From contig NC_042997.1 of assembly GCF_006345805.1 (NCBI RefSeq), positions 118,544,001 through 118,608,000 of the forward strand: a stretch of 64,000 bases of DNA, written 5' to 3'. The stretch is from Octopus sinensis. Taxonomy: Eukaryota. A program made the translations under genes and the position numbers. Under the pieces are notes generated by a model. That model was not told where the DNA came from, ran no database searches, and worked only from the letters and a program-made list of their open reading frames with translations. Below are positions 1-12,800 of the stretch, piece after piece. The first letter of the stretch is position 1. Every line of letters starts with the position of its first letter.

Positions 1-189
1 TCCAGGGAATATAGTTTTAATCTCTTGAGTCTTTCCCAGTAGCTTACATTCTGCGTATATATATATAAATATGGTTTACGTCTATCACTGTTTCAGTTGC
101 ATACTAGTGGTTTTATCTCTAATTCATATTTTATAGATATATATATATGCATATATATACATATATATTTATATGTTTGTGTGTGCTTG

Positions 190-415
190 TGATTATGTGT
201 TTGTGGGGTGTTTTTGTTTGCCCCACCACCACTTTTTAACCGGTGTTGGTATGTTAGCGTCCCTGTGACTAGGGGTTTAGATAAAGACAACGATAGAATA
301 AGCACTAAGCTTTAAAAGAAAAAAAAAGTCGTGTGAGCGACTTGTTCGACTAAAAAACCTTTCGAGGCGGTGCTCCAGCGTGGCCGCAATCAAAATGACT
401 AAAACAAGTAACAGT
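190..415 (+). mobile_element. Degenerate 3' part of tRNA-derived SINE family A
   Basis: Ends in GGCGGTGCTCCAGCGTGGCCGCAATCAAAATGACTAAAACAAGTA, matching the family-A tail of the full copies (e.g. 7601-8017). Confidence 0.6.
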
Positions 416-540
416 GTATAAGAGGTAAAAATAAAGATAACTAGCGGACCATTTCTTGACATCAAATGATCAGTTTTATCCGTGTGGAGGTTTCTCATCT
501 GAAATGAAACCGGCCCCTCACTGTGCGCAACTGAATTTTC

Positions 541-606
541 TGGTGCTCCAGCATGGCCGCAGTCAAATGACTGAAACAAGTAAAAGAGTAAAAGAGTAAA
601 AGAGTA
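541..606 (+). mobile_element. SINE family A 3' tail fragment
   Basis: GGTGCTCCAGCATGGCCGCAGTCAAATGACTGAAACAAG followed by (TAAAAGAG)n. Confidence 0.7.
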
Positions 607-1377
607 GTCTAAAGACGTATTAAGTTATTATTGTTTTAGAGCCAGTCATACCAAGTATTATACACAAAAACATAATTCCCGATTAATATTTCTATACAAT
701 ATCTCATAAATTAACAAAAAAATTCAAAATGTCAGAGCTTTTAAATACCCTTCTTTCTCCAGTCTGCATCGCTTCTTCAGCGTTCGCATTTCCTTGAAAC
801 GATAAGGAATTTATTTGCAGATATCTAAATGCCAGGCGTAATCTAATCCTGACATTTGCAGCCCAACCATACAAATGTGTCTTCATAAGGTCATGTGGTT
901 TATCTTGTATATAAATAGTTTCAGATTTTAGATATTTAAATCGCTGTTGTTTGTTTTAGTAAAATCCTATATATGGAACTGTTGTTGTTTCAGATTATTA
1001 ATTCAAGCTTCTTTCTCAAATATCAACATCTTCCGAATATTCAGTAGTGGCTTAGATGTAGTAAAAAAGAAATGTGCGTCGATAATAGTTAATGCGTTGG
1101 GATCAGAATCATAAGATCGTAGGTTTAATTCTTGTACAAGGCGGCGTTTTGTCTCCTTGCGCTAGGTATCTCCTTTCATACTGCATCAATCTACTTATCT
1201 GATAATGAATACCAGCCCCACCTCTTTCCAGCAGCCACATCCTCCATGCTCTGCTAGGTAAATTGTACGTCGTGGGGGTGAGAACGTGTATCTCTGCTTT
1301 AACCAAATGAGGTACAAGCTACCAGGGCATTCTTGTTGCGAGTGAAGCCTAAGCTTCTTACATCAACGCGGTATCAT

Positions 1378-1575
1378 CCATATCATCATCATCATCATCA
1401 TCATCAGTAGCAGCAGCAGCAGCAGCAGCGGCATAATATCACCATCACCATCGGCATCATCGTTATCGTCTTCAGCCTCTTCCCCTTTGTCTCATCATCA
1501 TCACCACCACCATCATCACCACCATCATCATCATCATCATCGTCACCATCCTCCTCCTCCTCGTCATCATCGTTT
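1378..1575. repeat. (CAT)n/(CAG)n/(CAC)n compound trinucleotide microsatellite
   Basis: Directly visible. Confidence 0.9.
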
Positions 1576-1956
1576 TAACGTTTACTAAAACACATGCATC
1601 CTAATCTTCCAAAGACGTTTTTCCATGGAATAATATTGAATTTTAAAAGCTTAAAGACACTATGATGTATTGGTATACTTATTTATTAATTTTTGTATAT
1701 ATTTATTATTTTTTCGAAAAACATTATAATTTTCTTTCCCCTTCCTCATCTTAAAAAAAAATTTCCCCTTCCTCATCTTGAAAATTTGCCTTGCCATGAA
1801 AGCTAGTTTGATTTTCTTTTTTAATCTTTCTTACTCCCATTTATATTAAAATTTGAATTCAGTTTAGCATTCTGCCTTATCATTATTATTTGTTCTTTTC
1901 CTATAATTTCTCCGCGTGCGGTTAACACAACCCCACCATTTACTGCCTTATATATA

Positions 1957-2024
<68 letters not shown>

Positions 2025-3829
2025 GTGGAGCTGGCATAAGCAGAGAAACAGAAGCCAAATTTTTGAGCGTATGGGTGGTTTTATAAATCGCTTTCAATTT
2101 GGTACACGGAATTTGTCCTAGTAGTAAAACGAAACTGTTTAGATTAAAAATATTGAAACTGGGACCCCTTCTTTATGAATGATACACAGGAGTTATATGA
2201 ACGAAATAGAATTTGAACTACGTACTTCCATATTTAAAAAAGGCGTAAAGCAGAATCTTTTGGCACATATTGGAATAAACGAAAGGGTGTGGACAAGTGT
2301 ACGTCTTCCACTGTTTCTGATAAGGAAGTTTGTTTGTGCTCCAGTCTAGCTAGCTATCCAGAATATGTAAATATGTAACTTAACTTCCATGGGAATTTTC
2401 CCTTATCATAGTAACATCGTGTCCTGAAGTATATCTGTTTTATCTGTTTATTAGAGAAAAAAAAAACGGTTTGTGGATACAGAATACTTGCTAATGTATT
2501 ACACATTTTTCAATACGGCATTATCAATCCTTGAATTAATTTACATCTTATCAGTGAAAGAGAAAAAAAAAATCATAGTTTTATCACAGAACTTCAATGT
2601 TAGTTTGTAACAACAACCGTATAAATTTGACTTTGCTCGTTGAAATATATTTATTAAGTTTTACACTCTCAGATAAGTTTTCTTATTAAAAATCTCTATG
2701 TTATCGAGTCTGGATCACGAAATATTAGATTTTGTAAAATCAGATAAGAAAAAACTTTCTTTTTCAAATGTGGAAGTTTACTGGAATTATACAAACAGAT
2801 TTCGCATTATAGTAGTATGAATCATATATTCGAGATGGAGAAGCTTCTACAACACGTGTACATTCTACATGATATGTAAGAATTAGTAAATGACAGTCGC
2901 GTTTGAGTTGCCATTGGTTGTACTTAGAATGGATCATGCTTGACAATAGGCGAAATAGTAACACCTGGAGTTATTAATCAGTATGTAATATGAAAAGAAA
3001 TATCGAGGCAAATGTGTCATTCGTTGTGAAACCCCTCTCTCTGTGTGCTGGGGTAGAGGTTACTGTGAAATGATCAGAGACACAATGCATATATACGCGG
3101 GAGATTGATTCTGTGAATCGTATTTGGTCATTAAAGTGTTCACCATACTTCTGGCCATTAAGTCTGAAAGGGCATAAACGACAGAAGCAACGACGTCAAT
3201 GTTCACGACGGCAAAATATGTCTTTCTCTCAACTGGAAAAATTCCATTTACTACCATAAGAGTTTGGAAACATTAGAAAATGCAGTTCCAAATTTATAAA
3301 AGGATAAGATGTTAAACTTTAGGCTTAGGTTTAGGGTTAGGGATCTGCTCACACAGAGTCAGACAGGGGTAAAACCAAAATCGCCGTCATCACAAATGAA
3401 GCGCTACATTGATTCGTTGTTTAATGATTTCCATTCAACGATAACACTGGTTTACACAGAAACTGAGGTAAACATAAAAACAGTTGTTCCGGCGTAATTT
3501 TCAGAGCTGATTTCAAATACAAAACCAGTTTTCATTCATCACCTCTAGTTTTTGAGATATACAAATTATTATAATTTTGCGACAATTAACGTAACATATA
3601 ATCAATTCTTATTTTGTTTTCCAGGTTCTTGAGATATATATGATACATATCTCTACAAAGGTTTCAAATACTTCAAAACATCGAGGAAACATCAATGTAT
3701 ATATATACACACACACACACACATATGCTAGCATTACACACACACAGACTGGTGCGCACGCACATAACCCCCCACACATATACCTCCTTCTCTTGCACTC
3801 TCCTGTCTTTGAAAGAACTTTCTCTTCAC

Positions 3830-4147
<318 letters not shown>

Positions 4148-4312
4148 AAATCAAATTGCGATAAAATAAAAATAATTAAAATCGCTGGTATTTCTAACAC
4201 AAGTCATATATTTTCCATATATCAGTACATTAAGGCGAAATATGTGCTAGGAACACAGAAGCTAGATAAATTTAGTGGAATGAAGATAAAAACATTTACT
4301 AACTCGGTTATT

Positions 4313-4382
4313 CTCAGACTGCAGTTTCTTTCTTATCAGCAATAAAGATAATTTATTTGCACAGGGAGAATTCATCAGTGAG
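4313..4382 (-). ncRNA. Minimal type-I hammerhead ribozyme motif
   Basis: Minus strand: TCTCA-CTGATGA-(A TTCT..AGAA A stem II)-GAAA-CTGCAG-TC^TGAGA; 5-bp stem I, palindromic helix III ACTGCAGT, GUC cleavage triplet. Confidence 0.7.
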
Positions 4383-4649
4383 AGCCCTGTTTTTCTGAGA
4401 TCCTAACTCACTAGAAGCATGTGCTTCTAATGATTTACTCTCTCTAACTAATCAGATCACTGCGCAGACTCCGAACGTCCCGACAAAACTAGGGATTTCT
4501 GGTATATCGTCTAGCGCTCATATATATATATATGTTTGTAAAAAAGAAGTTTGAAAACGCCACTATATTATATCAATTTTAATTTTCGTATGAATTTTAC
4601 ATGTTTCGGTTCTTGAAAAAACGAACCTTATCAAAAATATTTTTAAAAG

Positions 4650-5160
4650 TAAAGTGTAATAGAAAAGTTCATGATTGTTTCTTACTGGTCTCAATAGAAT
4701 CCATGTGGTGGTGTTTTGTCGGTAGTAGGTATAATAGCTATAAATTTCAAGTTGAGTGTAGTAAAGAAGTTCATTATTGTTTCTTGCTGGTATCAACGGG
4801 ATCCACGTGGCTGTTTTTAGCTTTCTTGAGTTAGAATGACCCGCGACTGGAATGGTAGCAGCAGTAGCGATTGTTGGTTGTAGTAGTAGTAACCGTGGTG
4901 GTGGTTTGGGTTGCAGCAGCTCAGCTGTGGCAGTGGGATGACCAGTGGCTGAGATTGCAGTAGCAGCAGTTACTGTTGGTCGTAGTAGTGGTAACTGTCG
5001 TGGTGGTTGGGGTTGTAGCAGTTTAGCTGTGGCCGTAGTAGCAGCAGCAGTAGTGGAGGACTGTTGATCGTCGCAGCAATAGTAGTGACCAGGATGGTTG
5101 TAGTAGTAGTGATGATAGTGGAGGTAGTCGTAGTGATCGTGGTGGCTGTGGTAGAATTCC
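4650..5160. repeat. Degenerate tandem duplications with 102-bp period plus (GTA/GCA)n low complexity
   Basis: 4652 vs 4754 and 4889 vs 4991 are each offset by 102 bp. Confidence 0.6.
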
Positions 5161-5394
5161 ATTTTTCTTTTCGGAAGATCAATGTTTTGTTTTAATATTC
5201 CTGGCCCAGGGTGTTCAAACTTGGTCTAAATTTTTTAATGAAATAAAGTTCTTTATTTTGGCGTTGAGTGAAGGCTACGCCGTCACTGAATTTGTAGAGT
5301 GGGCAAGTTGTAAATTTCGAACTTTTATTTGAAGCACATCTATCTATGTGTCCGCTGACTGGTATTTTCCGGTATTCAGGGTTTCTAATTTGGG

Positions 5395-5447
<53 letters not shown>

Positions 5448-5510
5448 ATACATACAGATATATATACTTACACATATATATATACATACATATATATATA
5501 AATAAACACA

Positions 5511-5560
<50 letters not shown>

Positions 5561-5561
<1 letters not shown>

Positions 5562-5967
5562 TCTTTTACTCTTTTACTTGTTTCAGTCCTTTGACTGCGG
5601 CCATGCTGGAGCACCGCCTTTAGTCGAGCGACTCGACCCCGGGACTTATTCTTTTTTTGTAAGCCCAGTACTTATGCTATCGGTCTCTTTTGCCGAACCG
5701 CTAAGTAACGGGGACATAAACACACCAGCATCGGTTGTCAAGCAATGCTAGGGGGACAAACACAGACACACAAACAAACACACATACATATATATACACA
5801 TATATACGACAGGCTTCTTTCAGTTTCCGTCTACCAAATCCACTCACAAGGCATTGGTCGGCCCGGGGCTATAGCAGAAGACACTTGCCCAAGATGCCAC
5901 GCAGTGGGACTGAACCCGGAACCATGTGGTTGGTTAGCAAGCTACTTACCACACAGCCACTCCTGCG

Positions 5968-5971
<4 letters not shown>
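5561..5971 (-). mobile_element. Full-length tRNA-derived SINE family A
   Basis: Minus-strand head with A box TGGCTGTGTGG and B-box-like GGTTCAGTCCC, internal (CA/TA)n, tail GGCGGTGCTCCAGCATGGCC...(TAAAAGAG)n; multiple copies in window. Confidence 0.9.
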
Positions 5972-6003
<32 letters not shown>

Positions 6004-6033
6004 CAAAATAAGCAACAAGTATATCCGAGGTAG

Positions 6034-6121
6034 AGTAGTACAATTGTTTCATGCTACTTCCTTTTATTAAACACGGTAAGTATTACATCAGTTTTAAAAT
6101 GTCGAGCAATCTTCAGCCACT
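6034..6121 (-). ncRNA. Hammerhead ribozyme motif (left arm)
   Basis: AGTGG-CTGAAGA-T TGCT..AGCA T-GAAA-CAATTG-TA^CTACT. Confidence 0.55.
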
Positions 6122-6374
6122 TATAGAATTTTCCAGTCAAACGGACAATGCACATTCTTATCTCTATTTCATTTGCCAACATTATAAAGAGGGTAGATCT
6201 AAATAACCAAAGTAAAATCAATGATAAAATCTACAGTCAGAGAGTGAATTTGCTACTATCATGTTCTTAAGAAGGAAATCAACCTCTCTGTCTATATATC
6301 TACCCTCTTTATAATGTTGGCAAATGAAATAGGGATAAGAATGTGCATTGTCCGTTTGACTGGAAAATTCTATA

Positions 6375-6462
6375 AGTGGCTGAAGATTGCTCGACCTTTT
6401 AAAACTGATGTAATACTTACAGTGTGTAATAAAATGAAGTAGTATGAAACAATTGTACTACT
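6375..6462 (+). ncRNA. Hammerhead ribozyme motif (right arm)
   Basis: AGTGG-CTGAAGA-T TGCT..AGTA T-GAAA-CAATTG-TA^CTACT. Confidence 0.55.
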
Positions 6463-6607
6463 CTACCTCGGATATACTTGTTGCTTATTTTGATTATAAT
6501 CACCCCATTTGATTTATATAGATTGTACCATACAAAATTCTGGTGTCTTTGACTCAAGTACCATATTCATCTGAATCTAAATTTTGCTGATCTTATATAT
6601 ATATATA

Positions 6608-6745
6608 GCTCCGCTCGAAACGTTAAACCCTCCTTCCCTTCTTTCCTGAGCGTCAATAATACTTTAATTGTTCCACGTCCTGCGTTGCTGTGTTTTTTTC
6701 TCATTTTTTCTCTTTTTTTCTGTGTTTTCTTGTTCGGATTAACTT
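6608..6745 (+). mobile_element. 5'-truncated pLTR-like repeat (same family as 3830-4050)
   Basis: Begins within the hammerhead (GCTCCGCTCGAAACGTT); flanked by (TA)n. Confidence 0.6.
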
Positions 6746-7600
6746 TATATATATGTATATATGGTCAGTTAAATAAATTTTCAAGATATCCTGATTAAAT
6801 CATGCCTATCGTTTCATGTACCTGGATACACATAAACACAAACCAGCAGGTCATGCAACTAGATATATGCATATGCTCTACGAACATCTATAAAATATGG
6901 TAAATATAGGAATAGAGTTGACAACGCATGTTTTATATCTATCTTAATGAAGTGTACTGTCTCATACATTATTTTGTCGCCTGAACTTTTGCTAGATTAT
7001 CTTATCGTCTGAATTGCACCAACGGTAAAATAATTCACCAATCATCAACAAACTGTATCCTTCACTAAACCTCGTGTCGTTAGTAGTTATACAAATATTC
7101 CCACTTCCACCACGACCACTTCTCAGGGATTTCATGAAAGATGTGAAGTTCTATTTAATTCTGATTAATACATTGAAATCACTTGGCGCTTTTGAAATAT
7201 CAAAATATTTTCATGATGAAGTGATTGGTAATTACGTTAGGATTGAAGCAAACGAATCCCATTAGTCACACTGACGACAGCTTGAATTAGAATTCCTCTA
7301 ACACTTGATTTCATATTTGTCGTTTTATGTGTGCCTTGTTATTACATCTGAAATTAGTAAAGAACATTTGCAAAGACTCCCTTAAAGGTTTCGAGAAACT
7401 GAGTAGGTCTTTGAAGAGAAAATTAATCTTGAGTATTGGTGGATTAGAGTTACATGCTTGGATCATGGGAAAAAAAACCCTGGATGAATCAGGATTATTC
7501 CAAGAAAGAATTATTACGTACTTATACAGTTTTTTATGAATAACATACAAATGCCATTACAGAAGGCGCTAACTACATTCCATGTATTTTTACAGAATTT

Positions 7601-8017
7601 GTAGGAGTGGCTGTGTGGTAAGAACTTGCTTAACAACCAACTGCTTCCGGGTTCAGTCGCACTGCGTGGCACCTTGGGCAAGTATCTTCTACTATAGCCT
7701 CGGGCCGACAAAAGCCGTGTGAGTGGATTTGGTAGACGGAAACTGAAAGAAGCCCGTCGTATATATGTTTATATATGTATATGTGTGTGTGTGAGTGTGT
7801 GTATGTATGTTTGTGTCTGTGTTTGTTCCCACCACATAGCTTGACAACCGATGCTGGTGTGTTTACGCCCCTGTAACTTAGCGGTTCGGCACAAACGACC
7901 GATAGAATAAGTACTAGGCTTACAAAGAGTAAGTCCTGGGGTCGATTTGCTCGACTAAAAGGCGGTGTTCCAGCATGGCCACAGTCAAATGACTGAAACA
8001 AGTAAAAAGAGTAAAAG
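7601..8017 (+). mobile_element. Full-length SINE family A
   Basis: Same head, body and tail as 5561-5971. Confidence 0.9.
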
Positions 8018-8393
8018 AACTGTGAAGATTTGGTAATCTTCAAGGTGTATATAACCAGTAGCATTAATTTGTTTTGCAGTGACCTCTTCTATAATTTATC
8101 TCGATTTATTGATACCGATTCGTCCACTAATAATCGACTCCGTTCATGTTTTTATTTTCTGGCAGACGTTGTATTCGCATTATTTGTATTAAGTGTTAGC
8201 TCTTTGCACTTTTCATTTCTCACACTTTAATTACATAGAAATATTTGAATTACGTCTGTTTATCAATACTTTATATTTTCAACTTTAGTTACGTCTCTTG
8301 AAGTAGTTTTATTTGTATCCGGAAATTAATACTTTTTCCGTCATATTCTAAATCACTATTCCAATTTTTTTGTTGCCAATTTTCAAACTGAAG

Positions 8394-8717
8394 GAGCATG
8401 GCTCAGTGGTAAGAGCGTACGATCGTGAGGTTGTGAGCTCGAATCCCGGACCGGGCTGCGTTTTTTGTTCTTGAGCAAGACACTTTATTTTACGTTGCTC
8501 CAGTTTACTCATCTGTAGAAATGAGTTGCGACGTCACAGGTGCTAAGCTGTATCGGCCGTTGCCTTTCCCTTGGATAACACTGGTGGCGTGGAGAGGGGA
8601 GGCCGGTATGCATGAGCGACTGCTGGTCTTCCATACACAACCCTGCCCGGTCTTGTGCCTGGGAGGGTAACTTTCTAAGTGCAAAGTCATGGTCTGTGTT
8701 GTGACCGAAGGGGGTCT
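8394..8717 (+). mobile_element. tRNA-derived CORE-type SINE (family C)
   Basis: A box TGGCTCAGTGG, B box GCTCGAATCC, CORE-like CTTGAGCAAGACACTT...CAGTTTACTCATCTGTAGAAATG. Confidence 0.75.
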
Positions 8718-9468
8718 CAGAATCTTCGGATGTTGATAAGATTGAAATATGAAATTTCTTATATAATAACTACATAATGTAGAATATTTGAGAAATATAA
8801 CGAACTTTGGTTGGAGAGTATGAAATAACAAACACATAGTGATTGACAGTATATCCATGAAGAAAAAAAAACAGGAAGAAAATGTACATAGGTCTAACTG
8901 TTGAGTAGAGGAGATAAATTATATAGACCCATATAACGGGTATGAACAAAGATATCGATACGTGCATGTACGAAAGTATATATTTATCACAGTATACAAG
9001 ACAACAATATTTATATTTGTGTAAAAGCATCAATGTAAGGGAAACAGCTTGAGGTATTTAGGCATCATTTAGATCTTTAAACTCAATAGTAATGAACTAC
9101 ATATTATCCAAAGATTTCTACATATTCATACATGCTGATTAATATTACTGGTTGTAGTAATATATTGTTTGCAATACACAATTGAAAAGAAAATGCTTTG
9201 AGGCGTGTCTGTAGTTACCTAACAATTTCGATCGTCTGGTAAATTTATTGACGTCTAGGTCCACCTGCTTTCCGTATTATCTAACTACCGCTCATGCTAG
9301 TTAGTATTCAAGCATTTTTATTGTATGTTTATTATACTCAGCCCACCAAATCTACTGCCCCTTGATGGCAGCAATCTTCAGCTGCTGCTAAAATTTATAC
9401 CTTCACTCTCAGTACTACGAAATCTCTTTTCCTACATGTGTTTATGCTATATATATATATATATATAT

Positions 9469-9655
9469 GTACGAAAAGTTTATGAAAAAAACAAAAGACG
9501 AAGACAGGTGGTGTACAAAACAAACAGATGTATTAGTATAACGCTCAGGAATTAGTAAAAGTCTTTTACGTTTCGAGCCTACGATCTTCTACAGAAAGTG
9601 ACAGAAAAAACAAGGAGAGAAAAAAATGTGTGTTGTGGCTAACGATCTATCATGG

Positions 9656-9658
<3 letters not shown>
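9469..9658 (-). mobile_element. (TA)n-flanked repeat with variant hammerhead core CTGTAGA (9563-9598)
   Basis: Homologous to 25823-26010 and 61135-61330; CTTT-CTGTAGA-A-GATC/GTAG/GCTC-GAAA-CG-TA^AAAG. Confidence 0.65.
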
Positions 9659-9699
<41 letters not shown>

Positions 9700-9707
<8 letters not shown>

Positions 9708-9995
9708 TAATATCAGGGTAATAAAGATTTTAGAAATGTTTACTACCAGTGGCCTTGCATATAGAAAAATTAGTCAGTAGACTATATATTACTCATATAA
9801 AATACAGTGTATATTTAAACACATTACGAGGTTTCCATCATACGCTAGAAAGAACAGCTAAATGGAAAATGTTTTTAATTTTCATTCCCTTCGAGAATTT
9901 ATCCCTAATTAGTGGTTTGGACTTTAGCTGTACTTTCTAGCGTAAAGGATTCCTATGATGGAAACCTCTTAATGTGTTTAAATGTACACGGCATT

Positions 9996-10000
<5 letters not shown>
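9700..10000 (-). repeat. Asymmetric fold-back repeat (arms 9797-9862 and 9923-10000)
   Basis: Arms are reverse complements apart from an 11-nt indel and a few substitutions; (TA)n on both sides. Confidence 0.75.
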
Positions 10001-10032
<32 letters not shown>

Positions 10033-10062
10033 TGTATGTATGTATGTATGTATATATATATA

Positions 10063-10099
<37 letters not shown>

Positions 10100-11529
10100 G
10101 CGTGTGTGTGTATGTGCGTGTGTGTGTGACCCCGTCTCTGTGAATATCTGTCTGCTTGCTTTTTCTCTGTATGTTCATATATCTGTTAACATATTTGTAC
10201 GTATTGTAGCCTATGTTAATTTTAAAAGCATAGAAATTAATGAGTTCTCTGTCGCCTTTTACCTTTCAAAGGAAATCAATAACCAAAATATTCACTAGTT
10301 CATTGGAATGAAACTATAAATTCGTCAGGATTAATTGCTTACACCATTTAAATTTACATATTGGCAACGGCAAAGTTTTGTTAATATTCTGGCAGACTCT
10401 GTTGTTCGGAATTCTAACACAGACTAACAGAACTGAAGTAAGAAATGTCTCAGATGTTAGTACCAAGAAAATAACTTAATCAAAACCAAAGAACCAATCG
10501 TCAGTGAAGTGATAGATATGGTAGTGCTATATCCATAGGTTTCGGTTGGTTTTCTCAGTTAACCGCCAAGACCTTGTACTGTGACATCAGAGACGGCGTC
10601 AAAGAGATATGATTCTTTCAAGCAAGTTTCATTTGTAATTAAATAAATAAATTGTACATAAATGAATTTGGCACACATGCTTCAAATGTTTGTGAGGAAA
10701 TGTAGATTATATTAAACGAATACTTGAACCGGAGTTAAGTTGTCAACCCGAGAGTATACGTGTGTGCGTGCGTGTATGTGTGAGTTTCTGTGCGCATATG
10801 TGTGTGCACATGCGCGCACACACACGTATATATATATATATATATATATACAAATAGACACATATACATGTGTATATTCATATGCTTGTGTATATAATAT
10901 ATACATATATATATAAATATACATACATACATATATAAATATACATACATATATATATATATATTATATTATATTATATATATATATTATATTATATTAT
11001 ATATTATAATATATTATATATATATAATATAATATATATATATTATATATATATATATATATAACATATATACATATATATATGATGATAATTGGCTCAA
11101 TAATGATATTCCCATTGTTAATGGGCTGTAAATTTAAGATATCATTTAGGTCGAGCTTCTGTCTTGTAACTTTTAACACAATTATTGCTTAAATATCATT
11201 TCTCAGTTAAATGTAATTCAGAATCGTGATAACTGACATCACGCACGGACATCTGAACATTTTGCAAGATTATTAACTATATCGGCGTTCCTCTAGTTGT
11301 CTATCGTTCCAAATCTTGGTGGGTTTTTAATGCGGTTTTCTTCAAAACGCTTCGACGTGCGGACTGAATATTTTCTTCATGATGTGTCGTTATTTGTATT
11401 TTGTCTAATTCCCTACATGAAACTAAATAACTTTTTGCAGACCAGATTTAAGGAACTCCGTGTATCTCAGATTGGTAAAGGCTTATTTCCGAGAAACTAG
11501 ATCCCGCAGAGTAGGTGCTAAGGAATATT

Positions 11530-11566
11530 CTTCCTTTCTTTCTTTCTTTCTTTCTTTCCTTCTTTC

Positions 11567-11634
<68 letters not shown>

Positions 11635-11679
11635 GCTTTCGTTCTTTCGTTCTTTCTTTCTTTCTTTGTTTCTTCCTTC

Positions 11680-11716
<37 letters not shown>

Positions 11717-11775
11717 TTCCTTTCTTTCTTTCTTTCCCTCTTTATTTCCCTCTTTCTTTCTGTGTCTTTCTTCCT
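11530..11775. repeat. (TTTC)n microsatellite
   Basis: Directly visible. Confidence 0.95.
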
Positions 11776-11954
11776 GCTAAAACTAAACTTCTTTCCATTC
11801 AGGAAACTATAGTACTGTGGTCATATATCTTGTTCTATATCAGCTTCTGTTATTCCTGAGATTTCTACTTTTTCTCTTTTACGTTAATATTTTTTAAGAA
11901 ACCCCCAAAGAATGCTTGCATGTGTTTCTCTTTCTTATTTCTCTTACTTGGAAT

Positions 11955-12170
11955 ATTAGTTTCAAATTTTGGTACAGGGCCAGCAATTCCAAGGCTGATG
12001 GTTAGTCGATTGCATTGAACCCAATGCTCAACTGGTACTTATAATTTCGCGGCCGAAAGAATTAAATGAAGAGCCGATCTCTACAGAATTTAATTTTAGA
12101 ACGTAAGAACGAACAAAATGCTGCTAGGCTTTTTGCCATCTAGAGCCACTGGCAAAAGATCCAGACAGCT
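11955..12170 (-). mobile_element. Old degenerate SINE family B-like copy
   Basis: TTAGTCGATTGCATTGAACCCAATGCTCAACTGGTACTTAT resembles the reverse complement of the family-B body. Confidence 0.4.
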
Positions 12171-12800
12171 AGCCACCTTAGCTCTTATCTCGAATACTAC
12201 AGCTATATTTCGTTTGGTGTTAGATTTCAAAGCGTATTACTAAAACTTTTGGCCGGTTTTGGCAGCACATGTTCAACACTTCTCTTTATTAGCAGAACAT
12301 TGTTCTATTCGGATATCCAATATGGTATTTCTTTTAAAGTTACTAATCCAGCGATTCATCTTTCTACTTAAACTCAACGTTTAACTACTTTAACCGCCTC
12401 TGTAAGGAATTCTTGTATTCAAGTAGAGACTATAATCAAACATCTCCCTTATGGGACTTCGTTTGCTTTTCTTTCCCAGATGAATGAAATCTTAATTCTC
12501 TTAAATCTTGCGTTGATGGTTTTTATGCTTCTTAGGGCAGCTTATCATTAAATTTTTCTCCCCTTTTATTTCTTAATTCTCAATATATTGTTTCCTTGAT
12601 ATTTGGTTTTTATTGCTGGTTGCTTGCAGACTCGCTGGCAGTAATTTTCAATAAAAAGTTAAGTATCCAAAAAATTCTATAACTCCAAAATCCCTTTACA
12701 AGTGTTTTCCTTTGACCCTGTCCAACCTCTCTTTTTGTTGTGAACAAACGAATCTACACTATGTAATACAGATATACACACATAAATAAGTATATATATA

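Larger units (their letters stand above)
6001..6594 (+). mobile_element. Asymmetric fold-back element (198-bp inverted arms) carrying hammerheads
   Basis: 6001-6198 is the reverse complement of 6298-6495 with few mismatches; right copy extends to ~6594; both ends abut (TA)n. Confidence 0.85.

Noticed and set aside
821-889. Candidate host exon (ag|..|gt, 69 bp); a similar 34-bp candidate lies at 11441-11474
   Set aside because: Splice-like signals occur by chance in AT-rich DNA; the peptides are unrecognised and no consistent exon chain was found.
2020-2330. Possible Penelope RT relic (…GTPSL*MIHRSYMNEIE…)
   Set aside because: One short motif with several stops; not supportable without a profile search.
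5900-5971. tRNA genes at SINE heads (also 7601, 8394, 27985, 49157)
   Set aside because: A and B boxes are present but no complete cloverleaf is evident, and each runs into a SINE body.
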